Shown: positions 1 through 11,864, counted from the first letter of the stretch. The stretch is DNA of 64,000 nucleotides from an uncultured Fibrobacterota bacterium (GCA_963753345.1 CAVWBU010000016.1:1-64000), one strand, 5' to 3'. The notes: a model not told the origin generated them from the letters alone. Numbers and translations are program-made.

Positions 1-1
1 G

Positions 2-1441
2 CGCCCCGCCCTTTGAGAAGGTGAGCAGCTGCTGCGTAAGGGATTTTGCCTGACCGAACACCGTCATGGCCTTGTCGAGGCAATTCTTCACCTTTTCATC
101 GTGCTTCCCGAGCTCCCTGGCAAGCCCCACGTAGCCGAAAATGCCCGCAAGCAGGTTGTTGAAATCGTGGGCGATGCCGCCCGCGAGAATGCCGAGAGAT
201 TCGAGGTGCTCGGCCCTTCGGATTTCGGCCTCAGTCTTTTCCTTTTCGGTAATATCCTCGGCGTGAACCATCACCACGTCGGGCTCTACGAACACGTAGG
301 TGAGCGCAAGGTACTTTTCGTCCCTTGACACGGGGAAACGGACCATCGCGCGTTTACGGACAACGGTCCTTTCCCTCCAGCACCGCTCCAGATCCTCCGC
401 AACAGAGGGTTGGTCCAAAAAGACCTCCGGAAGGGTCTTGCCAAGAACTTTCGAAACCGCCCCCGACGCCAGCGTGCGCGCTGCATCGTTGTAGTCCACA
501 AAGACAAATTCGTCGCCTTTTCGCTGCCAGGTGTACGTGGGGATGGGAAAGCTCTTGTATTGCGTCCGGGCCTTCTTGTCGCTTTCCCGCATCGCCAGCT
601 CGGCGTGCCTTCGTTCGGTGACATCCCTGAAAATAGCGACAACCTGGAACACCTCGCCGGGCCGCAGGTACACAGGGAAAATAGTTGCATCAAGGATGAG
701 CACGTCGGACGGTTTAACGCCCGGTCCCAGTGCAATTTGACCGATGGGAACCACCAGCTCGGGAAATTTGACCACGGTGCCGGAAAATGCCCTTGAAACA
801 TTCTGGAAATCCCCGAGGTTCTTGACAATCGGTTCCTTAAGCACATTGACCTTGCCGACGATGGCATCGGCGGGCGGGCCCTTCAACACCTGGTGAAAAG
901 CGGAATTGGTCATGACGATCACCCCGTTGGGCGCCATCACGAGCACCGGGTCGGGCATCTGCTCCACGATCTGGCGGAACCGTTCCTCGCTCTCCTTGAG
1001 AGCGCTTTCCACAAGTTTTTGCTCGGTGATGTCGCGGATGGTGATGAACACCGACTCGATTGCGGTATCGGAACTGCGCATCGGGAAGAAAAAGGTCTCG
1101 ACCCACAGGTGCTTTGGAGGGAGAAGAAAGGGCGGCGAATCGATGACGGGGTCGCCGCCTGCGAACACCTGCCTTGCCCTTTTGTTGATGTGCCGTGCCA
1201 CGTCGTTGGGGAACACGTCGGCAAACGTCTTTCCTGCGGCGTCGCCGGGAAGCAGGCCGACGTAGGCAGCGGCGGACTGATTAACAAATTGGAATTTCAG
1301 TTCCTTGTCCAGGATAAAAACCTGGTCGGGGGACATGTCGAGGATGAGCCGGTTGCGGCGCTGCATGTGCGCGAGCTCGGATTGCAGCCCCGCAATTATC
1401 TCATGCAGCCTGTCGGCATTTTCGGCCTGATGCTCGGCCAT
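2..1441 (-). CDS. Multi-PAS sensor histidine kinase (3' end runs off the left edge)
   Basis: Not in the ORF track because it has no stop in the window. Manual translation from ATG 1441: MAEHQAENADRL..., three PAS/PAC units (IRDITEQK, FRDVTERR, AEDITEKE), H-box LGILAGGIAHDFNNLL, then AKSLTQQLLTFSKGGA. Confidence 0.92.
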   Translation of the reverse strand, partial: MAEHQAENADRLHEIIAGLQSELAHMQRRNRLILDMSPDQVFILDKELKFQFVNQSAAAYVGLLPGDAAGKTFADVFPNDVARHINKRARQVFAGGDPVIDSPPFLLPPKHLWVETFFFPMRSSDTAIESVFITIRDITEQKLVESALKESEERFRQIVEQMPDPVLVMAPNGVIVMTNSAFHQVLKGPPADAIVGKVNVLKEPIVKNLGDFQNVSRAFSGTVVKFPELVVPIGQIALGPGVKPSDVLILDATIFPVYLRPGEVFQVVAIFRDVTERRHAELAMRESDKKARTQYKSFPIPTYTWQRKGDEFVFVDYNDAARTLASGAVSKVLGKTLPEVFLDQPSVAEDLERCWRERTVVRKRAMVRFPVSRDEKYLALTYVFVEPDVVMVHAEDITEKEKTEAEIRRAEHLESLGILAGGIAHDFNNLLAGIFGYVGLARELGKHDEKVKNCLDKAMTVFGQAKSLTQQLLTFSKGGA

Positions 1442-1935
1442 GGAGCGCTCCCCGGCAACAAAGAACAGCCGGTTCACTTAACAAAGGTTATGCGCTTTAA
1501 TTTGTCAACAAATCTCCACGGAACTCACTGAACATCCTCTTGAAACAGAAAGACCTGAACTGTCCGGGAAAAGGAAACAGAATAAATATAGGTTTGGACA
1601 AGGAGAAAGTAAAAACTCATCGTTCAACGGTTCATCGAAGAACCCCGCAGCACCGCGACTTTGACTACATCTCGAAAGTTCGACAACTCAAACTGGCCAT
1701 TTCCAAAGTGTATCAAATGAACTTCACTTCATGATTTGACGACTATACCAGTAGCACTTGCTGAAAAGAGCTTTAATTGGATGACCGAAACGAGAAGGTT
1801 GCTTTTTTCAGTTGAATTTCATTGAAGGCGAATGATATAATTAAATCAGGAGAAAGAAAAATGGGCGTCTTAAATTTTAAGCGATTAAATCCGGTGAAGC
1901 CCATTTAATGCATCTCCTGTCGTGGAGGATTGTTT

Positions 1936-4900
1936 ATGAAGAACAAAATCTGCAATCCGATACGATACTCCAGCGCCGCCCTCCTTTTCATCATATTGCT
2001 TGCTGCTCAAAGTCCCGCGGTTCACTATCCCGATACGATCTGGGTGGAAGTCACCTACTACGATTTCAAGGCAAACGGCACCAATCCCAACTTTGAAGCC
2101 TGTATCTCCGGCCTTCAGAAGGGCATGATACAGAACTATCTTGACGCGTGGAGAAAACCGGTTTTTAAGGCAAACCTGGCGTGCAACAACAGGATCGGAG
2201 AATGGTTCAGGGCAAGCGGCCAGAACGGGCCGGACACGCCTGCCACGCAATTTGTGTTCGATCCGGTACCAAAGGTGTGGAAATGGACCGGACTTGTCAA
2301 TTACAAGCCACCGGTCGGCAACGTGCGTCCGAGTGAATGGGTGGGACCCCATTATGACTCCACCTACGCCATGGCGGACATCATTATGTACGATTCCCTG
2401 CCGTTTGTTCTCATCGATTCGGTCCGCGGAATGTACCAATACAACAATCAGACCTTTTTCCCGCTCGACGGAAAAGGATTCGGCACTCAGCCGGCAGGGT
2501 CCGGCCATAATTTCAGTTTCACTATGGAAGTGCACACCTTTTTTACCTACAGCGGCGGAGAGGTGTTCCAATTCACCGGGGACGACGACGTGTGGGCGTT
2601 CATCAACGGTCAATTGGCCATGGACATCGGCGGTGTGCATAGCCAGCTCAGCGACCAAATTATACTCGACAATGTCGCCTCCCAGCTCAACATTCAAAAA
2701 GGACAGAAATATCCGTTCGACTTTTTTTATACGGAGCGCCACACCACCCAGGCAGACATAAAAATCACCACCGACCTGTTCAAGCCGCAACCGGCCGAAA
2801 TAATCGTGAGGCCCGATACGCTGCCCGTGAACCCACACGACACCACGATCAACCTGAAAGACACCACGCTTACGGCTGGCCAGTGCATACAGTTCCAGCT
2901 GCACGTGGTGGACGACACGCTCGGACTGCGGCCCGAATACGATTCGCTGGTGCAGTGGCAGATACTTGACACCATGGGCAACGTTATAACCTTCGACACC
3001 GTAGCCGGCGAAAACCGGATCTGCGTCACCAAGGCGTACGGCTGCATCAAGATCCTGCTCACCTTCCGCGACCCGCAGGATGCCACCGTCGTGCTCCGCG
3101 ACTCGATCCAGTTGTGCGTGCAGCACGGGTCGGCCAATCATCTGCGCATTGAGAGCAGCCCGTATGTAAACGCCAGCCCCCGCAACGACAACCCGCTGAG
3201 GAACCTTACGATCCCGGCCACGGCAAGCCAGGACACGGTGTTTGCCGTGCTGCGCGACGCCTACGGCAACTTCGTCTCGCCTTCGCAGCACACGCAGTGG
3301 TCGGTGATTGCGGGCGACTCGATCGTGTCGGTGACAAACGGGAATACGGCGCTGGGCGCGGGCATCATCAGCAAGCTGGGACCGAGCGGCAGCGCGGTGG
3401 TCGTGGCGACCAACACCGACTACACCGGAGGCCAGTTCAGCGACACGCTCCACGTCGTCGTGTCGAACATCGCCTACGACTCTTTACGGATAGTAACCGG
3501 CGCGGGCGGACAAAAGGTGAAGCTTGCCGGCCTTACCATCAGCATCGGCCAGGACACCCTGCTCAAAGTGGAAGGCCATCGCCTCGACGGGCTCGGCGAT
3601 CACGGTTGGATGACGGTCGGCGGAACATGGACCATGTCGGACAGCATCCATACTGTTCTCGCTCCGCCGGCCTCGGACAGCGTATGGAATTTTGCGCCTT
3701 CGGACACCGGCCACGGCACCATAACCGTGCGCTGGGGAACGCTTGCCTACACTATTCCCGTGTGGGTCAAATCCGGCGCTGCCGCCAGCATCGTGATATA
3801 TCCGAACGAAGGCCCTCCGGGCGCCCAATTCGGAAACGCGCCATACCTTTCGACCGTCACCTACCGCTATGCCGCCGGAACGGCTGTTCCGCTGGACGCG
3901 AAATTGTTCGACGCGATCAACGACTGGCTCAGCGCGTTTGAGACCGATTCCGTCCTTTCGGGCCAGATAACGTGGAATGTGCAGGACTCGGCAACAGGCG
4001 CCTTTACTTCCGCAATGGGAACCATGAGCGCGCTTGCGGGCCACAGGATCGTGTTCACGCCGACCATGGCGTTCAGAACATTTCTGGTGACGGCAACCTA
4101 CAGCCAGGGCACCATCAGGCTTCAATACACCGTGCGGTTGACCATTACGGCAAGCGCCCCTGCGCATCTTGTCATAGAGCCGAGTCCGGACAGCATGGCC
4201 AGCCCCAACACGAACAATCCCGTCGGCCAGTTGGAGCTGCAGTCGACGCAAACAAGCCAGGCAGTCTACGCGATCATCCGCGACGCCTACGGCAATTTCG
4301 TGGGCCGCGCCGATTCCGCTTCATGGTTGACAAGAGACACTCAGGTCGTGACGGTGACGCGCGGTCCTCTTTCCGGACTCGGCCAGGCGACCATTGCGCG
4401 CGTGGCGTCTGCGGCCAGCCGAACCTGGGTTGTGGCCAGGCTCGGCTCGCTCGCCGACTCGGTTGACGTACGCGTTACCGACATTACCTACAACGCGCTG
4501 CGCATCGTGGTGAACAACAACGGGCTCAAGGATGTGGACACGCTGGTGCTTCGCACCGATCAGGACACGACCCTGTATGCGCTTGGCCAGCGTTCCGACA
4601 ACGGCAACTGGGCAGCGGTGAGCGTTGCATGGCACGACACCGGCATCGTGACCAACCCCCTTGCCCCGAACCCTGCCGCGACCTTCCATTTTGGACCCGT
4701 TTCTCCTGGGACCGGAACAATAGCAATCAGCATGACCGGAACGGGCGGGATTGTCATCCGCGACTCGGTCATCGTTATTTTCCAGCCGGGCCTTGCGCAA
4801 AAGCTCGAACTCTACTCCAATGCGGGCGCTCCCGTGGCCGCCGACAAATACCCGGACCCGACCGTCAACGATACGGTCGTCGCGGGAACTTCCCTACCGT

Positions 4901-7900
4901 TGTATGCCAAGATCTTCGACCAGAACAACGTGTGGCTCAGCGCATATGAACAAAATCCGAGCAGCATCACGTGGCGGATTCAGGAACTGGCAGGCAACCC
5001 GCCCACGGGAAATCTTCAAACAAGCCAGGGGTACACCACCACCTTCACCCCGACCAGGGCCTACAATACGGCATACGTGATTGCAGAACTGGGCATAAAC
5101 GGAGGGCTCATTTCCGATATGGTAAAGATCTATGTGAAGCCGGCTTCCGCGAATCACATTGTTATTGAGGCGAGCCCGAACGGCTCCGCGAGCCCGAATG
5201 CCGACAATCCAATCGGCCTTATTACGTTCGGTCCAACCGACACGGTGCGCTACGCCTACGCGGTGCTGCGTGACCCGTTCGGCAACTTCGTGAGCAGCTA
5301 CACCGCCGGCGTGTGGCAGAGCCTCGATACCTCGCTGGTGATTGCTTCCCCTGGTTTCGCGGCCAACGGCGAAGGCGTTGTCACAAGAAAAGGCAATGCC
5401 GGCGACACGCGCATCGTTGTCCATTCACCGGATTTTTCACTGCATGATACGGCCAATGTCCGGTTGAACATCATCACCTACGATTCGTTGCGCGTCGTGG
5501 CGAGCGACACGACGGCCATTGGATCGCTCGTGATGCGCACCGACCAGGACACGACCCTCCTGGTGCAAGGCAAGCGGTCCGACAACCATACCTGGGAGTA
5601 TGTGGCGGCCGACTGGGCGCTTATCGGCAACGCCGCTGCCAATCCCGCTGCGCCGAAATCGGCGGTGAGCTGGACATTCTCGCCCACCGACACCGGAACC
5701 GGCGCGATCGTGGTGACCATGGGCGCTTCCCCTCCCGACACCGTGAGTGTCGCATTTGTCCACGGACTTGCGTTCGAGCTCGTTCTGTACCCCGGCGCCG
5801 CCCAGCCCAACAGTCATACGCCCCTGCCGGGCCCCGTAACGCCCATCGTGGTGGCGGCAGGCGACACGCTTCAAATGACCGCGCGCGTCCTTGACGAAAG
5901 CAACGCATGGCTTTCCGAATACGCAACGGTTTCGGCGCCCATTTCCTGGAGCATAGAACAGCTGCAGGGCGAACCGGCCACCGACTCTCTCATCGGAACC
6001 GCGGGCTACCAAAGTGCGTTCACGTCGACGCGCGCGTACAACCGGGTGTATGTGATCGCCACGTTTGCGCTGGGCTCGAAAACCCTGCACGACACGGTGC
6101 AGATTTCCGTGGGGCCGGGCGCGGCAAACCATCTTGTGCTTGAGCCCAACCCCAACTGGCAAAACAGCCCCAACCGCGACAACCCGGTGGACAGCGTCAC
6201 CATCCTCAGCAACCAGAAAACCGTCAAAGTGTACGCCGTCATACGGGACAAAAACGGCAATTTCGTGGCCTACTCCACGCACACCTCCTGGCTGTCGCGG
6301 GATTCGCTTGTGGCAACTGTTGAAAACGGGGTCCCGGATATCGGCGAAGGGGTGATAAGCCGCAGCACCGGTCCGGGAACCCGGACCGTTGTGGCGGCAA
6401 CCGACCGCGACAACCCTGCCCTCACCGACACCGTTGCGGTCATTCTTGTCAATTACTATTACACCAGGCTGCGGATCGTTTCCCGCGACTCGACCGACAT
6501 CGACTCGCTTTTTATGTCCACCAATGACGATACAACGCTGCGCGTGATGGGACTCAGGTCCGACGCAGGCACATGGGAATACACCGTTGCCCAGTGGAAA
6601 ACGGCAGGCACGCTTGCCATGACGCCCACAGCTCCGGAAATGGCAAGCTCCTGGACGTTCTACCCCGCTGCGGCCGGGAAGGGAATTATTTGGGTCACTC
6701 TCGGAACCGATTCGATGACCCTCCCCGACACCGCGCGTGCGGTGTTTGTCAACGGCCCGCCCACGAGCCTGCGTTTCGAACTGCTCACGCCGCCGGAAGA
6801 CCGGATCGCGGGCGACACGCTTGTCGCCGTGGTGAGAATAATGAACCGCACCGGTCTCATTGGCGGACAGTACTGCCTGTCAACGGACTCGACACGCGGT
6901 CCTGTGGTGTATCAGACCCTTGATCGGAAGCGGCAGCCGGTCAGCCCGCGCCGGTTATCACGGTGGATGGAATTACCGATACGCTCAACCGCTTTCCGTC
7001 ACGCCTTGTGCCGACCGCCGAATGCTTCGACAATGGTCTTGACACAGTGAAGATCGTACTTTACAACGCGCCGTACACAAAAGACAGCGTGCAGCAACTG
7101 TTCGTAAACGCCGCGGGCCTCACCTCCGCGACCGAGACCTTCAACCTGCTGCCCGGAGCGCTTCACACGGTCGCCCTCCAGGACAACGCCGGCAACGACA
7201 TCGGCGACACCATTACGCTGCGCTCTCCTTCGGGTTCCAAAGTGATCGTATGCGTGGGATTCGACGCCTATGGAAACAAAATCGGTTCCGAGAACGGAAC
7301 ATGGACAGCGACCGGATCGCTGCACGCAATTACGAACAACGCGAACGTCTCCCGCATCTACTACGACGCGGCGAACGCCAGGTCGGGCGAGCAGGGTTTT
7401 ATCTCGGCAACGGCCCAAGACACCGTCGGCGGCATCCACCGGGACAGCGTGTACGTGAGAATCCTCGGACCTTCCCCGAAGCTTGTGTCCGCGTCCACGC
7501 GCGACGCATCGGGCGACGGCTATCTCGACGAAATAGTGCTAGTCTTCAGCGCCAAGGTGACCTTTCCCGCAGCAGCCGGAATGACGGCTTCCTTTTCAGG
7601 CGTCACGTTCTCTGTTGACAGCGTGCGCGGCATGCACGCCGATTCCGATTCGGTGTTTATCGCGTATCTCGCCGAGCAGATAACCGCCGAACCGCAGACC
7701 GCATGGAGGCCGCTGGTGTCTGTGCACGGCGTCCCCAACGTGAATGATGTCGACAGCTTGACCTGCGCCGACGGTGCCGGACCGGTCGTGTGGAGCGTTG
7801 TCAAGTCAATCAGCTCAATCGGCGACAGGAGGCAGGACCTTGTCACCGTGGAATTTTCCGAGCCCGTCCACACCGCCGGCGGCAACGCGCTCCCGCTGTC

Positions 7901-8582
7901 GCTGGCTCCCTCGAAAATCTTCGACGCGTGGGTGGTCACCGGCAACGGCGACACGGTCCTCGTCGACGGGATGCTCACCGGCATACCGTACCTGTTTAAG
8001 ATCGTCGACGCAAGCACCATCCAGTTCTACATGACAAACGGCAACGACCTCAACGACAGAAACCTCCTGAGCCTGCGCGCCGACACCCCGGGGGTCGCCG
8101 ACGCTACGCAATGGAACAACCTTCCCGTGCCCGGCAACCGTCGCGCACCCGTAAAGGTCGAAACATCGCAGCCCAACGTCCTTGTGATCGTGCCGAACCC
8201 CTCCATGCCCACCCTGCACGAGGAAGCCGCCGGCGTTCTGAATTGCAGCCACAATCCGCTCGCGCGCTCCTGGGTGCGCCAGGATCAGGCGGGCGTCGTC
8301 ATGACCTTCAAGCTCATGCCGCCTACCGACCCGACCGCGCCGGTAAAGGTGCGGCTCTTTATCTACGACAACATCGGCAACCCTGTGCAATCCGCGGAGA
8401 CTTCGGACATTTTCCCTGCGGCATGGCGCTCGGGCCCAACCACCGTGCACGACATCGACATATACTGGAACGGCACGAACAAGGTCAAGATGTCGGTCGC
8501 GGCGGGCGTATATCGGGTGTATTTGTTCGTCGATTCGGAACAGTGGCATAAGAAGTTTATCGGGACGATTGGGATAAGGTGA
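1936..8582 (+). CDS. Giant (~2200 aa) secreted fibro-slime (PA14-like) domain protein with Ig-like repeats and a C-terminal FlgD-Ig/T9SS-CTD-like domain; frameshifted at ~6917-6938
   Basis: GGAGG RBS, signal peptide, fibro-slime motif NFSFTMEVHTFFTY..GE.FQFTGDDDVWAFINGQLAMDIGGVH. ORFs 1930-7050 and 6963-8582 join if one C is removed at 6917-6919 and one at 6937-6938 (VVYQTLIGSGSGQPAPVITVDG). C-terminus IYDNIGNPV...WNGTN...VAAGVY. Confidence 0.88.
3130..6900 (+). repeat. Four ~330-aa tandem protein repeats inside the fibro-slime gene
   Basis: Recurring (A/P)xH(L/I)xxExxP...SPxxxNP...A(V/I)xRDxxGNFV starting near 3133, 4160, 5149 and 6124. Each is followed by YxxLR(I/V)V...DT(T/L)L..G.R.D. Confidence 0.85.
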
Positions 8583-8588
8583 TAAAAG

Positions 8589-8628
8589 AGCTGAGAAGTT
8601 GAGGAGTTGAGAGGTTGAGGAGCTAAAT
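8589..8628. repeat. Degenerate 8-bp tandem repeat (AGTTGAGR-like, 5 units)
   Basis: agctgaga agttgagg agttgaga ggttgagg agctaaat. Confidence 0.6.
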
Positions 8629-8650
8629 AGAAATCAAATACAAGATCAAG

Positions 8651-8738
8651 AGTTGGAAAGGGCTCTGCCCTTTAGATCCCGCTGGGAAAATGCTTATTGT
8701 AGCCCACCCTCCAAACCTCCCCCGCCGGGGAGGCTTTC
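8651..8738 (+). repeat. Intergenic repeat family D, copy 1
   Basis: AGTTGG-hairpin(AAAGGGC/GCCCTTT)-CCCGC..GGAAAATGCTTATT..CCAAACCTCCCC..GGGGAGGCTTTC; homologous to 15266-15352. Confidence 0.8.
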
Positions 8739-8790
8739 GTCACAAAGAACCTGCACTGCGTTTGATTTCAGTTTCCTTTCAGGAGAAACC

Positions 8791-9424
8791 ATGACAACAA
8801 AATCCGAAGCGATTCAGCAAATTGACCGTGCCATAAATCTATACCAAGAATATCGTTCCCGTGCTGAATATGATGACCTTTCCGATCTTGGACATCAAAT
8901 ATATAGTGAAGTTAAAACTATAGTCACGGCTACTCTTGATCGAGTCGCTCCGCCGGGTTCAACATACCGTCCAGCAATTACCGAACACATTAGTTTTCAA
9001 ATTGGAGCATTAAAGGCACTCAAACGAGATTATGCCGAAGGGTACCTCGCTACTATTCAAGGTCTTGTTAGAGCAGAAGTTTTCAGTGATTTTCTGGAAA
9101 TGGCTGAACATCTTATAGAACAAGGATATAAAGATCCGGCAGCAGTTTTAATTGGAGGCGTGCTTGAGGAACATCTTAGAAATCTTTGTGCAGCGAAGTC
9201 GGTCCCTATTCAAGTATCAGGCCATTCTAAAAAGGCCGATGCTATGAATTCAGACCTTGCTCAGCGCTCAAGTTTACAACAAATTGGATCAAAAAAATGT
9301 AACAGCATGGTTAGATTTGCGAAATAAGGCAGCACATGCAAAATATAGTGAATACACTCTAGACCAAGTTGTCATAATGTTAAGGGCGGTACGAGAATTT
9401 GCTGCAAGGATTTCGACAAGCTAA
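8791..9424 (+). CDS. HEPN-domain (RxxxxH) protein, putative RNase/defence effector; +1 frameshift at ~9261
   Basis: AGGAG RBS, ATG 8791, low GC. FLEMAEHLIEQGYKDPAAVLIGGVLEEHLRNLC, then in the +1 frame SAQVYNKLDQKNVTAWLDLRNKAAHAKYSEY...ISTS* (stop 9422-9424). Confidence 0.75.
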
Positions 9425-9489
9425 TGAAAGTACATTGCTTGCTTTCTACATTCGCCCGTGCAAATAAAAACACCCGCCCAGTCACGACC

Positions 9490-9663
9490 GCCCAACAACC
9501 CCATGCAGGCTGGGCAGGAATGCGGTCTGAGATGTCCGCCCAAATTGCCGCGCTTCTGGCGGTAGAAGCCGCCCGTCATGTCATGTCGCAAAGACTCCGT
9601 CGTAGCTTCCGCGTGCGGCGAGATAAAAGGCGGGCATAGCGGGCGATGCGTGGAACGTTGGTG
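9490..9663 (+). mobile_element. Long attC-like site 1
   Basis: Starts GCCCAAC shortly after the HEPN stop and ends TGCGTGGAAC-GTTGGTG. The ~80-bp right arm closely matches 11782-11864. The left arm pairs poorly (degenerate). Confidence 0.6.
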
Positions 9664-9756
9664 TGCAAAAGGCAGAGCTTCAAAATTTCAGGTGCCTCAG
9701 TATTGAATAAGCTATTTTAGGCATGTTCACCTTCTTCTGGATTGGGATGTATCGGA

Positions 9757-10734
9757 ATGAAAGATTTGATTATCCATAAGGTCAATATTGCTCACTATCG
9801 CTTAGTTGAACTCGCCAAACTTGCTGATCAGGCCAAACCCTTTTATGATTGGATTGAAAAGCACGCAAAACTTATTACTGGCTCACACAAGTCCTTAAAT
9901 GACATTCTATTATCGAGTTCAAAGCCTCAAATCAAGGGAATCATCGGAGCTTGCTACTCAGACCCGACCGATGAAAAACCACTTCTATTTGACGGTATTG
10001 GCCGGGTATATCCTCATTTGAAAGCGTGCTTCTATTTCTTTGCTTGGGTCATACGGGATGCACCTCAACAAAGGCTATCTCCGCTGATTTCGAGAATGCA
10101 AAAAGCAGATACTGTAGAGAAACTGGTAGCCGAGATAGACTCATTGTCTGCGCTTATTCATGAATACCGCTCCACTGTAAAACATTTCGAGTGGAATACG
10201 GTTCGCGAAGTTGTCTTGGACCGACTTGAAGGTTCGAGGCGAAGCATTAGCGGTCACCACCTTGAAACAAATGTGCGAACCGGGCTGATAACTGCAATCC
10301 AGAATTATTTCTCTATTCATGGGAATTATGGCAACTTCAAGAAAGTGGAAATTGCAGATAAACAGATAAGAGTTGGAAAACACACAATAGACGTTTCTGC
10401 CAAACTATTTCCCAAGAAGGGAAATTCCTTCGTAAGCCTTCTCGTTCCAGTCAAAACCAGAGAGACAGAAGGCGGGGGCCATTCACACATATTTACTCGT
10501 GACATTACCGCTGCTATTACCGATGTAAAGAAAGAACTAGACAATTACCATATTGTAGTGATAATTGTAGCGGAGAATTGGTCAATTTCGGAAATAAAGG
10601 CCATTGATAACCAGATAGATTTGATATTTCATTTCAACATGTCACCCAACAAATTCCTTGGGTTTGATGAAGATTCTCAAATTAAGTTGAACAAGTACAT
10701 TGAAAGAGTGCTGGGTGGGAAATATGCAAAATAG
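9757..10734 (+). CDS. Putative type II restriction endonuclease (PD-(D/E)xK-like)
   Basis: Low-GC 325-aa ORF overlapping a DNA methyltransferase by 11 nt. Candidate core: GSRRSISGHHLE...TIDVS...LVPVKTRETEGGGH. Confidence 0.7.
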   Translation: MKDLIIHKVNIAHYRLVELAKLADQAKPFYDWIEKHAKLITGSHKSLNDILLSSSKPQIKGIIGACYSDPTDEKPLLFDGIGRVYPHLKACFYFFAWVIRDAPQQRLSPLISRMQKADTVEKLVAEIDSLSALIHEYRSTVKHFEWNTVREVVLDRLEGSRRSISGHHLETNVRTGLITAIQNYFSIHGNYGNFKKVEIADKQIRVGKHTIDVSAKLFPKKGNSFVSLLVPVKTRETEGGGHSHIFTRDITAAITDVKKELDNYHIVVIIVAENWSISEIKAIDNQIDLIFHFNMSPNKFLGFDEDSQIKLNKYIERVLGGKYAK

Positions 10735-11647
10735 CATTGAAAACAAAATTCTCCTAGGCGACATAAGAGAAATTGCCGCTCAATTGCCAGCATCTTTTTT
10801 CCAAGCAATAATAACAAGTCCACCCTATTTTGGTCATAGAAATTACTCCGGTCAAGGCAATTGTTGTGAAATTGGCCAAGAAAAAACCGCAGAGGAATAC
10901 ATAGAACATCTTGTTGACGTATTTAGTAAAATACGCAAAAATCTAAGAATTGATGGTCTGCTTTGGCTAAATCTTGGAGACACCTATCGCGGCAAATCAC
11001 TTCTCGGCATTCCTTGGCGTGTTGCACTTGGGCTACAATCAGATGGTTGGATTCTGAGGAGTGACATCATTTGGCATAAGCCCAATGCGATGCCTTCTTC
11101 TATTAAGGATCGGCCGACAACTGACCACGAGTACATTTTCATGTTCGCCAAAGACCAGGACTACTACTATGATGCCGACGCGATCCGAGAGCCCCACGTA
11201 ACCTTCTCTGAAAAATCAAGAATGAAAGGTGGCCGCAATCATTTTGGCAAAGTAAACGGTACACCTGAAAATGGCAAGAATTCTGGAAATAATAATCTTC
11301 ACGATGGTAGATGGGACCAAGCCTTCCATCCAAACGGAAGGAACAAGCGAACTGTATGGGAAATACCTCTGGGAAAGTTTAGAGATACGCATTTTGCGGT
11401 ATATCCCGAAAAGCTCGTAGAAAATTGCCTTCTTGCCTCAACAAGATTCAATGACTTTGTGCTAGATCCTTTTGCTGGTTCGGGAACGACTGGCGTCGTA
11501 GCATGCAAACATAATCGTAAATTTGTTGGGGTTGAACTGCTCAAAAAATACCAGACCATGGCGCAAATGCGTATCGAGGAAATGACCATCCAGAGCAACC
11601 TCTTCACTCTGCCAACGTCCCTAATCCACGAAAACACTACTGTGTAG
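10724..11647 (+). CDS. DNA methyltransferase, N4-cytosine/N6-adenine, beta class
   Basis: Motif IV ITSPPY precedes motif I VLDPFAGSGTT. Also IIWHKPN, HEYIF and HFAVYP. SPPY suggests m4C. Confidence 0.95.
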   Translation: MQNSIENKILLGDIREIAAQLPASFFQAIITSPPYFGHRNYSGQGNCCEIGQEKTAEEYIEHLVDVFSKIRKNLRIDGLLWLNLGDTYRGKSLLGIPWRVALGLQSDGWILRSDIIWHKPNAMPSSIKDRPTTDHEYIFMFAKDQDYYYDADAIREPHVTFSEKSRMKGGRNHFGKVNGTPENGKNSGNNNLHDGRWDQAFHPNGRNKRTVWEIPLGKFRDTHFAVYPEKLVENCLLASTRFNDFVLDPFAGSGTTGVVACKHNRKFVGVELLKKYQTMAQMRIEEMTIQSNLFTLPTSLIHENTTV

Positions 11648-11692
11648 ATAGCTCAAAAGCAGAACCTTAATAAACTTTAGGCTCTGCCCATC

Positions 11693-11864
11693 ACACAACA
11701 CACGCAGCCGCGCCATGCCCGCTTGACATGACGGTTTCGCCACCCGTCATGGTTCGACAGGCTCACCACGGGTGCCAGCCAGTCATGTCGAAGACTCCGT
11801 CGTGGCTTCCGTCGGGTGGCGAGATTGTAGGCAGGCACGGCGGGCAATGCGTGGAACGTTGTCA
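11693..11864 (+). mobile_element. Long attC-like site 2 with embedded REP-like hairpin
   Basis: ACACAAC-ACACGCA-GCCGCGCCATGCC ... GGCACGGCGGGCAA-TGCGTG-GAAC-GTTGTCA outer stem. Inner stem TGACATGAC/GTCATGTCG. Insert ACCCGTCATGGTTCGACAGGCTCACCACGGGT. Lies 45 nt after the MTase stop. Confidence 0.7.

Noticed and set aside
101-1531. Several track ORFs (e.g. 286-867 minus, 893-1531 plus)
   Set aside because: They are shadow or off-frame ORFs of the PAS histidine kinase at 2-1441 minus.
1885-3453. 522-aa antisense ORF, and similar long antisense ORFs (33062-34525, 34531-35838, 53682-55007, 61610-62740)
   Set aside because: These are typical stop-poor antisense frames of high-GC genes and show no motifs.
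9424-9639. 71-aa ORF after the HEPN gene as a possible antitoxin
   Set aside because: It runs through the attC-like palindrome and has no RBS or recognisable motif.
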